64,000 nt of DNA from Nitrososphaerota archaeon. GTDB lineage: Archaea; Thermoproteota; Nitrososphaeria; Nitrososphaerales; Gagatemarchaeaceae. Below are positions 28,162 to 37,722 of this stretch, in pieces. The DNA lies in contig JAFLYY010000001.1 in the NCBI GenBank assembly GCA_029785825.1, positions 649,374 through 713,373 on the forward strand, read 5' to 3'. Both the position numbers and the translations under genes were made by a program. The notes under the pieces were generated by a model, which saw only the letters and a list, made by a program, of their open reading frames with translations, was not told where the DNA came from and did no database searches. Position 1 is the first letter of the stretch; every line of letters begins with the position of its first letter.

Positions 28162-29004
28162 ATGCCCAGAAGGAAGCTGACGATAGGGCTCGTGCAGATG
28201 TCCATGGCGGAAGACAGGGGCTCCAACGTGCAGAAGGCGCTCGCCTACGTCGCCGAGGCGGCGAAGAAGGGGGCCGACGTGGTCTGCCTCCCCGAACTCT
28301 TCTCCATGCGCTACTTCCCTTCTTCCAGGCGGTCGGGGGCAGAACCCGAGCCCATCCCCGGGAAGACGAGCAGGGCGCTGGGGGAGTGCGCCAGGAAGAA
28401 CCAGGTGGTCCTGGTCGGCGGTTCCATCTTCGAGGCCGCAGGCAACTCGAGCTTCAACACCTGCCTCGTCTTCGACCCGACGGGGAAGGTCTCGTCGAAG
28501 TACAGGAAGGTGCACATCCCGCAGGACGAGCACTACTACGAGCAAGACTACTTCGAGCCCGGAAAGAAGTACGCCGTCGCCAAGACCGCGGCCGGGAACC
28601 TCGGGACCCTCATCTGCTTCGACCAGTGGTACCCGGAGCCTGCGAGGGTCGAGAGGCTTATGGGGGCGGAGGTGATCTTCTACCCCACCGCCATAGGGTG
28701 GGTGAAGGGGATAGAGCCGGTCGAGGGGGACTGGAAGGATGCGTGGGAGTCGGTCCAGGTGGGGCACGCCGTGGCAAACAGCGTGGTCGTCTGCGCGGTC
28801 AACAGGGTGGGAAGGGAGGGGGACTCGAACTTCTGGGGCGGCTCCTTCGTCGCCGACCAGTTCGGGAAGGTCCTGCTTAGGGCCGACGACGACGAGGGGG
28901 TGCACACGGTCGACTGCGACTTGGGGCTCGGGAGGGTCGTCGAGGAAGGATGGGGGTTCATGAGAAACAGGAAGCCGTCTTCCTACAGGGCGATAGCGAA
29001 GTAG
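28162..29004 (+). CDS. aguB: Carbon-nitrogen hydrolase, likely N-carbamoylputrescine amidase
   Basis: CLPELF, YRKVHIP, ICFDQWYPE, YPTAIGW; adjacent to agmatine deiminase. Confidence 0.85.
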   Translation: MPRRKLTIGLVQMSMAEDRGSNVQKALAYVAEAAKKGADVVCLPELFSMRYFPSSRRSGAEPEPIPGKTSRALGECARKNQVVLVGGSIFEAAGNSSFNTCLVFDPTGKVSSKYRKVHIPQDEHYYEQDYFEPGKKYAVAKTAAGNLGTLICFDQWYPEPARVERLMGAEVIFYPTAIGWVKGIEPVEGDWKDAWESVQVGHAVANSVVVCAVNRVGREGDSNFWGGSFVADQFGKVLLRADDDEGVHTVDCDLGLGRVVEEGWGFMRNRKPSSYRAIAK

Positions 29005-29007
29005 GGC

Positions 29008-30063
29008 ATGGAACCGACCCCCGCATCGCTCGGCTTCAGGATGCCCGCCGAGTGGGAGAGGCACGACGCGACCTGGGTCTCTTGGCCCAAGGACCCGAAC
29101 ACCTTCCCGGCGCCTCTTCTCCCGAAGGTCGAGGAGGCCTACGTCAGGATGGTGGAGGCCCTCGGCGCGGCGGAAGAGGTCAGGGTCCTGGTCGACGACA
29201 GGAAGACGGAAGCCCGGGTGGCGGCGATGCTGAAGCACGGAGAGGACGTATCGTTCCACAGGATCAGGACGGTCGACGTCTGGACCAGGGACTACCTGCC
29301 GACATACGTCAGAAGCGAGGGGGTGGCGCTCGTGAAGTGGGACTTCAACGCATGGGGGAGGAAGTACGACGACCTCCTCCCTGACGACGGAGCCGGGACG
29401 AGGGTCGCAGAGTCCACCGGGCTGAAGGTCTTCAGGCCGAGGGTGGTCTTGGAAGGAGGGTCCATAGACTCGGACGGGGAAGGGACGGTGCTCACCACCG
29501 AGCAGTGCCTCCTCAACCCCAACAGGAACCCCACCCTGACGCGACGAGACGTCGAGGAGGTCCTCCGGGGCTACCTCGGGGCGAAGAGGGTGGTCTGGCT
29601 GAGGAGGGGGATAGAAGGGGACGACACGGACGGCCACGTAGACGACATCGCGAGGTTCGTGGGACCGAGGACGGTGGCAGCGGCCGTCGAAGCGAAGGAG
29701 TCCGACCCGAACCACGCCGCCCTTTCGGAGAACCTCTCGGCGCTGAGGGAGGCCAGGGGCGCAGGCGGAAGGGGGTTCGAGGTCGTCGAGATCCCCATGC
29801 CCCCGATGGTGGAGTCGGGGGACGGGAGGCTCCCCGCGAGCCACCTCAACTTCTACGTCGGGAACCGCTCCGTGGTCGTCCCCACCTTCGGAGGGAGGAG
29901 CGACAGGGCCGCCCTGAAGGCGCTGGAGGGCGCGTTCCCTACGAGGGAGGTGGTCGGGATTGACTGCAGGGCGCTAGTCTACGGGCTGGGGACCCTTCAC
30001 TGCGTCACGCAGCAGGCGCCGTCCGCCAAGCTCAGCCCCTCACCTGTGCGACGCGGCCTCTGA
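29008..30063 (+). CDS. aguA: Agmatine deiminase family protein
   Basis: RMPAEWE, WTRD, LEGGSI, DTDGHVD, GTLHCVTQQ. Confidence 0.93.
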   Translation: MEPTPASLGFRMPAEWERHDATWVSWPKDPNTFPAPLLPKVEEAYVRMVEALGAAEEVRVLVDDRKTEARVAAMLKHGEDVSFHRIRTVDVWTRDYLPTYVRSEGVALVKWDFNAWGRKYDDLLPDDGAGTRVAESTGLKVFRPRVVLEGGSIDSDGEGTVLTTEQCLLNPNRNPTLTRRDVEEVLRGYLGAKRVVWLRRGIEGDDTDGHVDDIARFVGPRTVAAAVEAKESDPNHAALSENLSALREARGAGGRGFEVVEIPMPPMVESGDGRLPASHLNFYVGNRSVVVPTFGGRSDRAALKALEGAFPTREVVGIDCRALVYGLGTLHCVTQQAPSAKLSPSPVRRGL

Positions 30064-31734
30064 CTTCACGGTGGAGACGAAGTCTTCGACCTTCACCCCG
30101 AAGGTCTGCGCCCCGGCCCGGGTCCGTACCGCGACCGTCTTCGAGTCCTCCTCTTTCTTGCCGACCACCAGCATGTACGGGATCTTCTGGAGCTGGGCGT
30201 CCCTGATCTTGGCTCCCATGGTCCCGCTCGAGAAGTCCCCCTCGACCCTGACCCCTCCGGCGGCGAGCGCGCCGAGCACGCCCCGGGCGTACTCCAGGTG
30301 CTCGTCCGAGAGAGGGATGACCCTCGCCTGGACGGGGGAGAGCCAGACGGGGAGCGCGCCCTTGTAGTGCTCAAGCATTATCCCCATGAAGCGCTCGAGG
30401 GACCCCAGGATCGCCCTGTGGATGACCACCGGCGTGTGCTCCTTGCCGTCGGACGCCGTGTAGGCGAGCTTGAACCGCTTCGGCATCTGCAGATCGAACT
30501 GGAATGTCCCGCACTGCCACTCCCTTCCGAGGGAGTCTTTGACGTCCACGTCTATCTTGGGTGAGTAGAAGTTCCCCTCCTTCTCCTTGACTTCGTACTT
30601 CCATCCGCGAGACTCCACGGCACGGGTCAAGGCGCTCGTCGCCCGCTCCCACTCCTCGTCGCTCCCCATGGAGTCGTCGGGCCTCGTCGATATCTTCACC
30701 TTGTACGCGAGCCCGAAGACGCCGTAGACCCTCTCCATGAGGTCGAGGAGCTTTGCCACCTCCCCTTCGGCCTGCTCCTCCGTGCAGATGATGTGTGCGT
30801 CGTCCTGCGATAGGGACTTCACCCTGAAGAGCCCGCTCGCTACGCCGCTCAGCTCGTTCCTGTAGAGGGGGTCGAAGGCCGCGTACCTGACCGGGAGCTC
30901 GCGAAAACTCCATTTCCTCGTCTTGTAAATCAGGAAGTGGGAGGGGCAGTTCATCGGCTTCATCCCCATCTCCTCGTTCCCCAGCGAGGTGAGGAACATG
31001 TTGTCCTTGTAGTGGGCGCTGTGCCCGCTGACCTGCCAGAGCGCGGTGTTCGCGAGCGCCGGGGTGCTCACCTCCTGGTACCCGTCCTTCGCATACTCCT
31101 GCCTGAGGAACCCGACCAGGGCGTCCCTGAGCGCCAGCCCCTTCTGATGGAGGTACACCATCCCGGGGGAGACCTCCTGGAAGCTGAAAAGGTCGAGGCG
31201 TTCTCCGATGACCCTGTGGTCCGACTCCGGGAGGTTCGCGTACTCGCTCCTCTTCAGCCTGGCCATCGCCTCCGCGTCGGTCAGCTCCCTCCTCGCCTTC
31301 AGCTTCGGGGCCTGCGCTGGCCCGCCGTGGCTGTAGCTCCTGGACATCTCAGCCAGCGGGTGGCCTTTGACCTTGACCTGCAGCGCCTTCGTCCAACCGA
31401 AGGGCGCCCTGCTGACCTCCAGTCCCGACTCCTTCGCCGCCTTCTCCATCCCCAGGAGGAGGGAAAGCGCCTCGTCAGGCGGGGCGAGGTCCTGGCTGAG
31501 GTGCGCGAACGGGTACAGCATCAGTCGCTTCGTCCCCAGCTTCGACAGGAACTCCTTCGCTTCGGCCACCGCCTTCCCGGTGAGCGCGGCGTCGTCCCCC
31601 GACTCGAACGCCGTGAACAGCACCACGAGGTCCTCCTCTCTTACGGTCCGGGGGTCGACGTCCTCGGCTCCCTTGATCTCCCTCTTTACCGGGGTGTATT
31701 CTATGAAGTCGACGTGCATCTGCAGGATCTTCAA
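30040..31734 (-). CDS. thrS: Threonyl-tRNA synthetase with archaeal editing domain
   Basis: YPFAHLS, APFGW, GHPLAEMSR, KPMNCP, QDDAH, HRAILGSLERF. Confidence 0.96.
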   Translation of the reverse strand: MKILQMHVDFIEYTPVKREIKGAEDVDPRTVREEDLVVLFTAFESGDDAALTGKAVAEAKEFLSKLGTKRLMLYPFAHLSQDLAPPDEALSLLLGMEKAAKESGLEVSRAPFGWTKALQVKVKGHPLAEMSRSYSHGGPAQAPKLKARRELTDAEAMARLKRSEYANLPESDHRVIGERLDLFSFQEVSPGMVYLHQKGLALRDALVGFLRQEYAKDGYQEVSTPALANTALWQVSGHSAHYKDNMFLTSLGNEEMGMKPMNCPSHFLIYKTRKWSFRELPVRYAAFDPLYRNELSGVASGLFRVKSLSQDDAHIICTEEQAEGEVAKLLDLMERVYGVFGLAYKVKISTRPDDSMGSDEEWERATSALTRAVESRGWKYEVKEKEGNFYSPKIDVDVKDSLGREWQCGTFQFDLQMPKRFKLAYTASDGKEHTPVVIHRAILGSLERFMGIMLEHYKGALPVWLSPVQARVIPLSDEHLEYARGVLGALAAGGVRVEGDFSSGTMGAKIRDAQLQKIPYMLVVGKKEEDSKTVAVRTRAGAQTFGVKVEDFVSTVKSEAASHR

Positions 31735-31741
31735 GGCGCCG

Positions 31742-31945
31742 CTACCATCTCGAACGCTCGAGGGACCTGGACTTCCTGGTCGCCTTCTTCCAGGCCTTGT
31801 AATGTTCCCTGCAGAGATAGACCCGGTGGCCTTCCCCTCCGGCGGTCAGACCGCTCCCGGCCATGTCTTCCTTGCTCAAGGACCTCTCGGCCTGGTTCTT
31901 GCACCCGGAGACCCTGCAGGCGACTCCCTTGTCGACCCTTCCCAA
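31742..31945 (-). CDS. Small Zn-finger protein
   Basis: CRVSGC...YLCREHYKAWKK; TTG start downstream of AT-rich promoter. Confidence 0.75.
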   Translation of the reverse strand: MGRVDKGVACRVSGCKNQAERSLSKEDMAGSGLTAGGEGHRVYLCREHYKAWKKATRKSRSLERSRW

Positions 31946-32002
31946 CGGATATCAACCCCGGCTCCTTTTAGTTAATATAAAAACCGGGCCCACCCCTGCG
32001 AC

Positions 32003-32623
32003 ATGCTTGACAGGATGAGGGGGCGCCTGGGGTCATTGCTCTCCTCCGTGGGGGGGTGGTTCTCGCGGCTCGAGGGGTCCCCCACCGCCTGGACCGGGGT
32101 CGGGCTCGTCCTGTCGCTGCTGGCCGCCTACTCCTATGGCAGCGGCGGGTACAGGGGGGAGGCGCTGGCCGGGGTCCTGGTGCTCGTGTCCGGATGGTTC
32201 GACATCGTCGACGGCGCCGTCGCCCGGGTCACCGGGAGGACGTCCACGCGCGGGGCGTTCCTCGACTCGACCCTCGACAGGGTGGCTGAAGTTGCGCTCT
32301 TCGCAGGGATACTGGTCGGCGGCTACGCGGACCCGGTCTGGGTCCTCCTGGCTCTTTCGTTCAGCCTGCTGGTGAGCTACACCCGGGCGAAGGGGGACGC
32401 CCTGGGGGTGAAGCTGGCGGGGGTCGGGATAGGAGAGAGGAGCGAGAGGCTCCTGATACTCTCGGTCACGTCCCTCCTGGGGGTGGTGCAGTGGGGGGTC
32501 CTGATTGTGCTGGCCGTCGCGCTCTTCACCTTCCTGGAGAGGAGCTTCACAGCCGCCAGGGCCCTCGGCGGGGAGCAGGAACCGAAGGATATTTCTACGC
32601 AACATGCGGCCGCCCCCCCTTAG
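32003..32623 (+). CDS. CDP-alcohol phosphatidyltransferase (archaetidylinositol-phosphate synthase-like)
   Basis: DIVDGAVAR..GAFLDSTLDR, SYTRAKG, ERSER. Confidence 0.92.
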   Translation: MLDRMRGRLGSLLSSVGGWFSRLEGSPTAWTGVGLVLSLLAAYSYGSGGYRGEALAGVLVLVSGWFDIVDGAVARVTGRTSTRGAFLDSTLDRVAEVALFAGILVGGYADPVWVLLALSFSLLVSYTRAKGDALGVKLAGVGIGERSERLLILSVTSLLGVVQWGVLIVLAVALFTFLERSFTAARALGGEQEPKDISTQHAAAPP

Positions 32624-32626
32624 GAT

Positions 32627-33364
32627 TTGGTCGACAAGCCGGGGAGGCGGAAGAGGCGGGAGGTCCCGTGGGCGAAGATAGTCGCGGTGGCTCTTGTCGT
32701 CCTCATCGCGGGGGCGGTCGCGTGGGAGGTCTACTGGAACTACATCTACGAGGTCCCGCCCGCATACGCCGAGATAGGGACGAGCCAGGGGGACATCTAC
32801 GTCCAGCTCTTCACCAACTGCGCCCCGAAGACCGTGGCGAACTTCGAGAACCTCTCGAGCACAGGGTTCTACGACAACCTCGTGTTCCACAGGATCGTAC
32901 CGGGGTTCGTGATACAGACAGGCGACCCCAACACCAGGGGCGCTGTCAACAGCACCCGCTCGACCTGGGGGCAGGGCGGGTCGCCCCAGACCGTCCCTCT
33001 GGAGGTGTCCAGGTGCCCCACCCTCACCAACGCGGCGGGGTACGTCGCCATGGCCAGGGAAGGGAACACGACCTATGGGTTCAACACCGGGTCCTCGCAG
33101 TTCTACATCGTCCTGGACAACCAGACCCAGCCCACGCTCTCCCAGCTGGACGGGTACTACACCATCTTCGGGAAGGTCGTCTCCGGGATGAACGCGGTCT
33201 GCGCGTTGGCCAACAAGAACACCGACCCCACCTACGGGTCCACGGTCCCCTCGACTTCCTACCTCGTGTCTCAGCCCATCTACCCGCAGCGCGCGATGAT
33301 GTACAACGTGACCATCATACCTGCGTCAGAGGCGCCGGCCTCTGTGCCGATACAGCAGTGCTGA
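32627..33364 (+). CDS. Membrane-anchored cyclophilin-type PPIase
   Basis: APKTVANF, FHRIVPGFVIQTGDP, AMAR, SSQFYI, YTIFGKV; N-terminal TM helix. Confidence 0.92.
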   Translation: MVDKPGRRKRREVPWAKIVAVALVVLIAGAVAWEVYWNYIYEVPPAYAEIGTSQGDIYVQLFTNCAPKTVANFENLSSTGFYDNLVFHRIVPGFVIQTGDPNTRGAVNSTRSTWGQGGSPQTVPLEVSRCPTLTNAAGYVAMAREGNTTYGFNTGSSQFYIVLDNQTQPTLSQLDGYYTIFGKVVSGMNAVCALANKNTDPTYGSTVPSTSYLVSQPIYPQRAMMYNVTIIPASEAPASVPIQQC

Positions 33365-33446
33365 ATGCGGACGGCGCCGCAGCGGGAGAAGCCGTGCGCA
33401 TTGGGCGGGAGCAGCCTTCGCGCCTGACGGACGACCTGGAACGGCC

Positions 33447-33722
33447 CTACCAGGAGCGCCGTTCGCTCTTGGCCCTGACCTTCACGATGCCGTAGTGCAC
33501 AGCGCAGGAGACGCAGTAGTAAGCGACCTGCGTGGGGCTCGCGATGTATGCGCCGGCGGCCCTGAGCTCTCGGGCGAGTGTCGGCTCGACCAGGCTCGTC
33601 CTCTTAGTGACCTTCTTCGCCTTGTCTCGAGGGACGGCGGCTCCGCAGTTGCTGCAGTAGATGAGGTCGCTGTGCCCCTTTCCTCCCTTGGCACGTCCGC
33701 GGCTCTTTCTCTTCTTCGACAA
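33447..33722 (-). CDS. rps26e: 30S ribosomal protein S26e
   Basis: KKRKSRGR.KG, CSNCG..VPRDKAKK, YCVSCAVH. Confidence 0.96.
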   Translation of the reverse strand: MSKKRKSRGRAKGGKGHSDLIYCSNCGAAVPRDKAKKVTKRTSLVEPTLARELRAAGAYIASPTQVAYYCVSCAVHYGIVKVRAKSERRSW

Positions 33723-33867
33723 AGGGAACTTTGCGTCCTCGCCCCGAGTCTCCCTTTAAACATATACCGCGACGCGCAGGCGAGACGGACGGCTGACTGG
33801 GGCGTCGGGGCCGAGAAAACAATCCGTCGCCATCAGGCGAGCCTTTAAATCAGGTCGAAAGCGGAGC

Positions 33868-35559
33868 ATGACGCACTTCTTGTCCAAACCCTCGGTCTGG
33901 ATTCGGGAAGCAACGGGCGTTGTGAAGAACGTTAACCCACTTACCATGTTTTGGGCCAACATGGGGGAGATCGGCTTCGGCGGAGGGTTCCTGTTCCTCA
34001 ACATCATATTTGCGTCGTTCATCAGCTCGATCCCCGGAGGGTCGAACCCAGAGGACGTCATCCCCGCGGTGGGGGTGTTCACCATCGCCGTCCTCTTCGA
34101 GGCATACATCTTCTATCACATCACCCACAGCGTGGGGAGGACCGGCGGGGACTACGTCTGGCTGAGCAGGATAGTGAACCCCTCGTTCGCCGGGTTCCTG
34201 ATGCTCGGGTTCGTCTTCACCGGGATTCCTTTCATCGGCGTGGACCTGTTCTTCCTCTTCTCTACGATGGCTCCCTCCTTCGCCACCCTCGGACAGGTGA
34301 CGAACAACGCGGGGCTCTCGACGGCCGCGACGGCGCTGAACTTCTACGGCGGGGCCTTCAACGCCCCTGAGGCCATCGCGATAGGGCTGGCCATAATCGC
34401 GATCATCACGGTCATCGACATCTTCAGGCCCTCCCTCGGGTTCAAGGTCCTGGCAGGCTTCGTCGCCCTGGGGACCCTGGCGGCGCTGGCGATGGCCGCC
34501 CTCTTCCTGATGGCGGGCCCGTCGGGGGTCCAGTCGTCGCTGAACTCCTACCTCGGGACCTACGGGCTCTACTACTTCAACGGGACGGGTTATAGCGCCG
34601 CTACGAGCGTCAACCAGCTTGCGACGCTCCCGGCTCTCGGGGGAGGGGTGCCTTCGTTCTCCTGGATGGGGGCCTTCCTGCTGCTCCCGTTCGTCGCGAT
34701 TTACATGCCTTGGATCAACAACGTGGCTGCCTTCGGCGGGGAGCTGAAGAGCATCAAGAAGAGCGCGATGTACGCGACCTTCGCCGTAGTCCTCGCCAGC
34801 GGTGTCCTCCTGCTCCTCTTCAACCAGCTCTACATCTCGTACGTCGGCGGCCCCGCGGTGACCTTCGGGCTGGCGCAGACGTCGTCGACCATGCTGAGCG
34901 TCGCGACTATGATATCCGGGAACAACGCCGCCCTCGGCTGGTTCATGAACCTCGGGTTCTCCCTCTGGTTCCTTGCGGCCATCGCCCAGACCATCCTCGT
35001 GATATCCAGGTACCTCCTCAGTATGGGGTTCGACAGGTTCATCCCCACGTGGTTCGCGAACGTCAGCAACAGGTTCCACTCTCCGGTCAACGGGCTCGTC
35101 TTCCCCGCCGTGATCGCCGGCGTCGTGACCATCTTCGTGATGTACTATTCGTTCATCTCCGCCTTCACCACGACGGGGCTGGGGACTATGTACTTCGCCT
35201 GCATCGGCCTCACCGCGATCTACTACGCCTACAACAGAAGGGCGCAGCTGAAAGGGACGGCCACCGCGCTCATCATCTCAGGGGTCGTAGTCCTGGCGTT
35301 CTTCGCCGTCCTTACGGCGGAGTTCTTCGTCTACCCGTACTTCGGGGTAAGCATAGGCAACCTCGGGGCGGCGATATCGGCAGGGATGAATTACTACAAC
35401 CCGGCCGGAGTCCAGCAGATATACGGAGGCCTCCCGTGGCTCATCATAATCTTCGGGTTCTGGATCGTAGGGGCGTTCTGGTACACGATAAGGAAGCGGT
35501 ACCTGAAGAGCAAAGGGATAGACCTCTCGGTCACCTACAAGGAGATCCCGCCGGAATAA
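33868..35559 (+). CDS. APC-family amino acid/polyamine permease
   Basis: About 12 TM segments, REATGVVK, RTGGDYVWLSR, C-terminal YKEIPPE. Confidence 0.88.
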   Translation: MTHFLSKPSVWIREATGVVKNVNPLTMFWANMGEIGFGGGFLFLNIIFASFISSIPGGSNPEDVIPAVGVFTIAVLFEAYIFYHITHSVGRTGGDYVWLSRIVNPSFAGFLMLGFVFTGIPFIGVDLFFLFSTMAPSFATLGQVTNNAGLSTAATALNFYGGAFNAPEAIAIGLAIIAIITVIDIFRPSLGFKVLAGFVALGTLAALAMAALFLMAGPSGVQSSLNSYLGTYGLYYFNGTGYSAATSVNQLATLPALGGGVPSFSWMGAFLLLPFVAIYMPWINNVAAFGGELKSIKKSAMYATFAVVLASGVLLLLFNQLYISYVGGPAVTFGLAQTSSTMLSVATMISGNNAALGWFMNLGFSLWFLAAIAQTILVISRYLLSMGFDRFIPTWFANVSNRFHSPVNGLVFPAVIAGVVTIFVMYYSFISAFTTTGLGTMYFACIGLTAIYYAYNRRAQLKGTATALIISGVVVLAFFAVLTAEFFVYPYFGVSIGNLGAAISAGMNYYNPAGVQQIYGGLPWLIIIFGFWIVGAFWYTIRKRYLKSKGIDLSVTYKEIPPE

Positions 35560-35754
35560 GCCGGGCGGGGAACAGCGAAGACGTAGTCAGCAAGAAAGCG
35601 CGGGCGCAAGCTTGCAGGCTCCTTCCGCCGGTCTCCTCGACTTCGGCTCGGTGCGGGGCGTCCCGCCTCGCGGCTCAGGGACTTCACGTCAAGGCCGGGT
35701 CCTTCTGGCTCTGTGGTTCATCTCGCATTTAAGCCGGCCCGGCGGAGGCGGGGC

Positions 35755-36810
35755 ATGGCCGTCGTAGCGCGCACCCCCACGGACGGGGGCCGCCGGGGGA
35801 GGGCGCTGCCATACGCCGCCGCCCTCTTCACCACGGTCCTGTGGTCTTCCTCCTACGTCCTGATAAAAGAGGGGGTATCAGAGATACCGCCGCTTTACTT
35901 CGCGACGCTGAGATACGGCCTCGCGTTCATCATACTCCTCACCGCCGACCTGGCGCTCTCCCGTCGAGGCAGACGCCACCCTCCGGTCGGGAGGCGGAAA
36001 GGCATCCTGCTGGTGGTAGCGGGGGTCGGGGGATACACCGTCGCCCAGGGCCTCCAGTACGTGGGGCTCTACTACCTCCCCGCGGTCACGACTAGCTTCC
36101 TCCTGAACTTCAACCCCTTCTTCGTCCTCCTCCTCGGGGTGGGCCTCCTGGGGGAGAGAGTCACGCCGGCACAGCTGATGGGGTTCGGCCTCGCGGTCCT
36201 GGGGGCATTCGCGTTCTTCAGCGAGAAGGTCGCCTGGGGGGGCCAGGTCTTCGGCGTCGCGGTGGTGGTCGCTTCGGGGGTCGGATGGGCCGTCTACATG
36301 GTCGCGGTCAGGTCGTTCTACGGCCCGCACGGGCTGAGCCCCCTCAGGCTGACCACCGTGACGATGGGGGTAGGGGTGGCCGGGATGGTCGTCCTGACGG
36401 CGGCGTCCGGCCAGTACGCGCCTTTGACCCTCGATGGAGCGCTCACGGTGGTCTGGCTCGCTTCGGTCAACACCGCCCTCGCATTCGTCCTCTGGAACTG
36501 GTCTCTGAAGGCGATACCGCCCTACGAGCTGACCATCCTTCAGGACCTGATGCTGATCGAGATCGCGCTGTTCGCCCTCTTATTCCTGGGGGAGCCCATC
36601 ACTCCGGTCATGGCGGGGGGGATGGGGATGGTCCTCGCCGGGGTGTTGGTGGTACAGCTGAAGGGGAGGCCCGCCAAGGCGGTCCCTGCCATCGCAGACC
36701 AGGGGACGGACGCGCCCAAGTCACAGGTATCCGTCGAGGGCCTTCAGCGAGTCTTCGGCAGACGACACGGGGAGCAGCCCTCCGGCTGCGAGCCTGTGCC
36801 CTCCCCCTGA
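35755..36810 (+). CDS. DMT/EamA-family transporter
   Basis: About 10 TM in two repeats, LWSSSYVLIK, LGERVT, FLGEPIT. Confidence 0.88.
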   Translation: MAVVARTPTDGGRRGRALPYAAALFTTVLWSSSYVLIKEGVSEIPPLYFATLRYGLAFIILLTADLALSRRGRRHPPVGRRKGILLVVAGVGGYTVAQGLQYVGLYYLPAVTTSFLLNFNPFFVLLLGVGLLGERVTPAQLMGFGLAVLGAFAFFSEKVAWGGQVFGVAVVVASGVGWAVYMVAVRSFYGPHGLSPLRLTTVTMGVGVAGMVVLTAASGQYAPLTLDGALTVVWLASVNTALAFVLWNWSLKAIPPYELTILQDLMLIEIALFALLFLGEPITPVMAGGMGMVLAGVLVVQLKGRPAKAVPAIADQGTDAPKSQVSVEGLQRVFGRRHGEQPSGCEPVPSP

Positions 36811-37722
36811 CCCGCCGTACCTGGCGGCCACCTCCGATATCGCCTTCCCCAGATGCGCCTTGCAGCTGGAGGTCCCCCTCAGCTCGACGAGGTAACGCCC
36901 GCCTGCCGGCGCGAGCGAGACGCCCACGGGGGCGCCCATGGCCCCAGGGATGAGCTCGGCCACGTTCCCGCTGGTCCCTTCGGGGACGACGACGTATGCC
37001 AGCCCCCTCAGCTTCCGCCCCCGTTCACCGATGAGCCTGACGAGCTCCCTTGACGTCCTCAGCTGGCGAAGGGCGGACGCCTCCACTCCTTTGATCTCGT
37101 GGGGCTCGGCCATCCTCGAGAGCCCTCTGACGACCGTCCGGAGGAAAGGGCGCGCTCCCCTGTTCGCGAGGACCGCGTTGGAGAGGAGGGAAGCCTCCGC
37201 GAGGACGTGCAGCCTGTCCGTCCCCTCTATCAGCCGCCGGGCCATGGGCGAGTCGTCCATCCCGTCTGTAACGGCGCCCAGCAGGGGCACCTGCCAGGCT
37301 ACGGCAGGGAGGTCGCCCTTGAACCTCGCGTAGGCGAGCATGCTCGCGCACTCGCTTTCGTCGTGCACCAGCTCCACCCCCAGCCCCTCGATGCGGCGCT
37401 TCGCCCTCCGCCCGAGGAAATGATGGTCCACGTAGGTGACGGCCGCCCTTGAGGCGATCCTCCCGAGCGCTTCGACGAACGGCCCTTCATCGGAGCCGTC
37501 CACCCCCATGTCACAGAGCACGAGCCTGTCGATCCCCTTCGGGACCCTCCCCAGGTCAGGCACCAGTGTGTCGTAGTCCGTGAGAAGGAAGTCACCCCCC
37601 GTGGCCGCCACCGCCAGGGCTGCCGAGCTCAGCCCGTCCACGTCCCGGGAGTGCGACATGCAGAAGGTCTTGGCGGACCTGCGCCCCCGGCCCCGGAGCC
37701 GTGACCCGGTGGGGCGGCTCAC
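36721..37722 (-). CDS. DHH/DHHA1-family phosphoesterase (RecJ-like)
   Basis: HSRDVDG, LCD, VDHH, GGGHRLAAG. Confidence 0.88.
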   Translation of the reverse strand: MSRPTGSRLRGRGRRSAKTFCMSHSRDVDGLSSAALAVAATGGDFLLTDYDTLVPDLGRVPKGIDRLVLCDMGVDGSDEGPFVEALGRIASRAAVTYVDHHFLGRRAKRRIEGLGVELVHDESECASMLAYARFKGDLPAVAWQVPLLGAVTDGMDDSPMARRLIEGTDRLHVLAEASLLSNAVLANRGARPFLRTVVRGLSRMAEPHEIKGVEASALRQLRTSRELVRLIGERGRKLRGLAYVVVPEGTSGNVAELIPGAMGAPVGVSLAPAGGRYLVELRGTSSCKAHLGKAISEVAARYGGSGGGHRLAAGGLLPVSSAEDSLKALDGYL

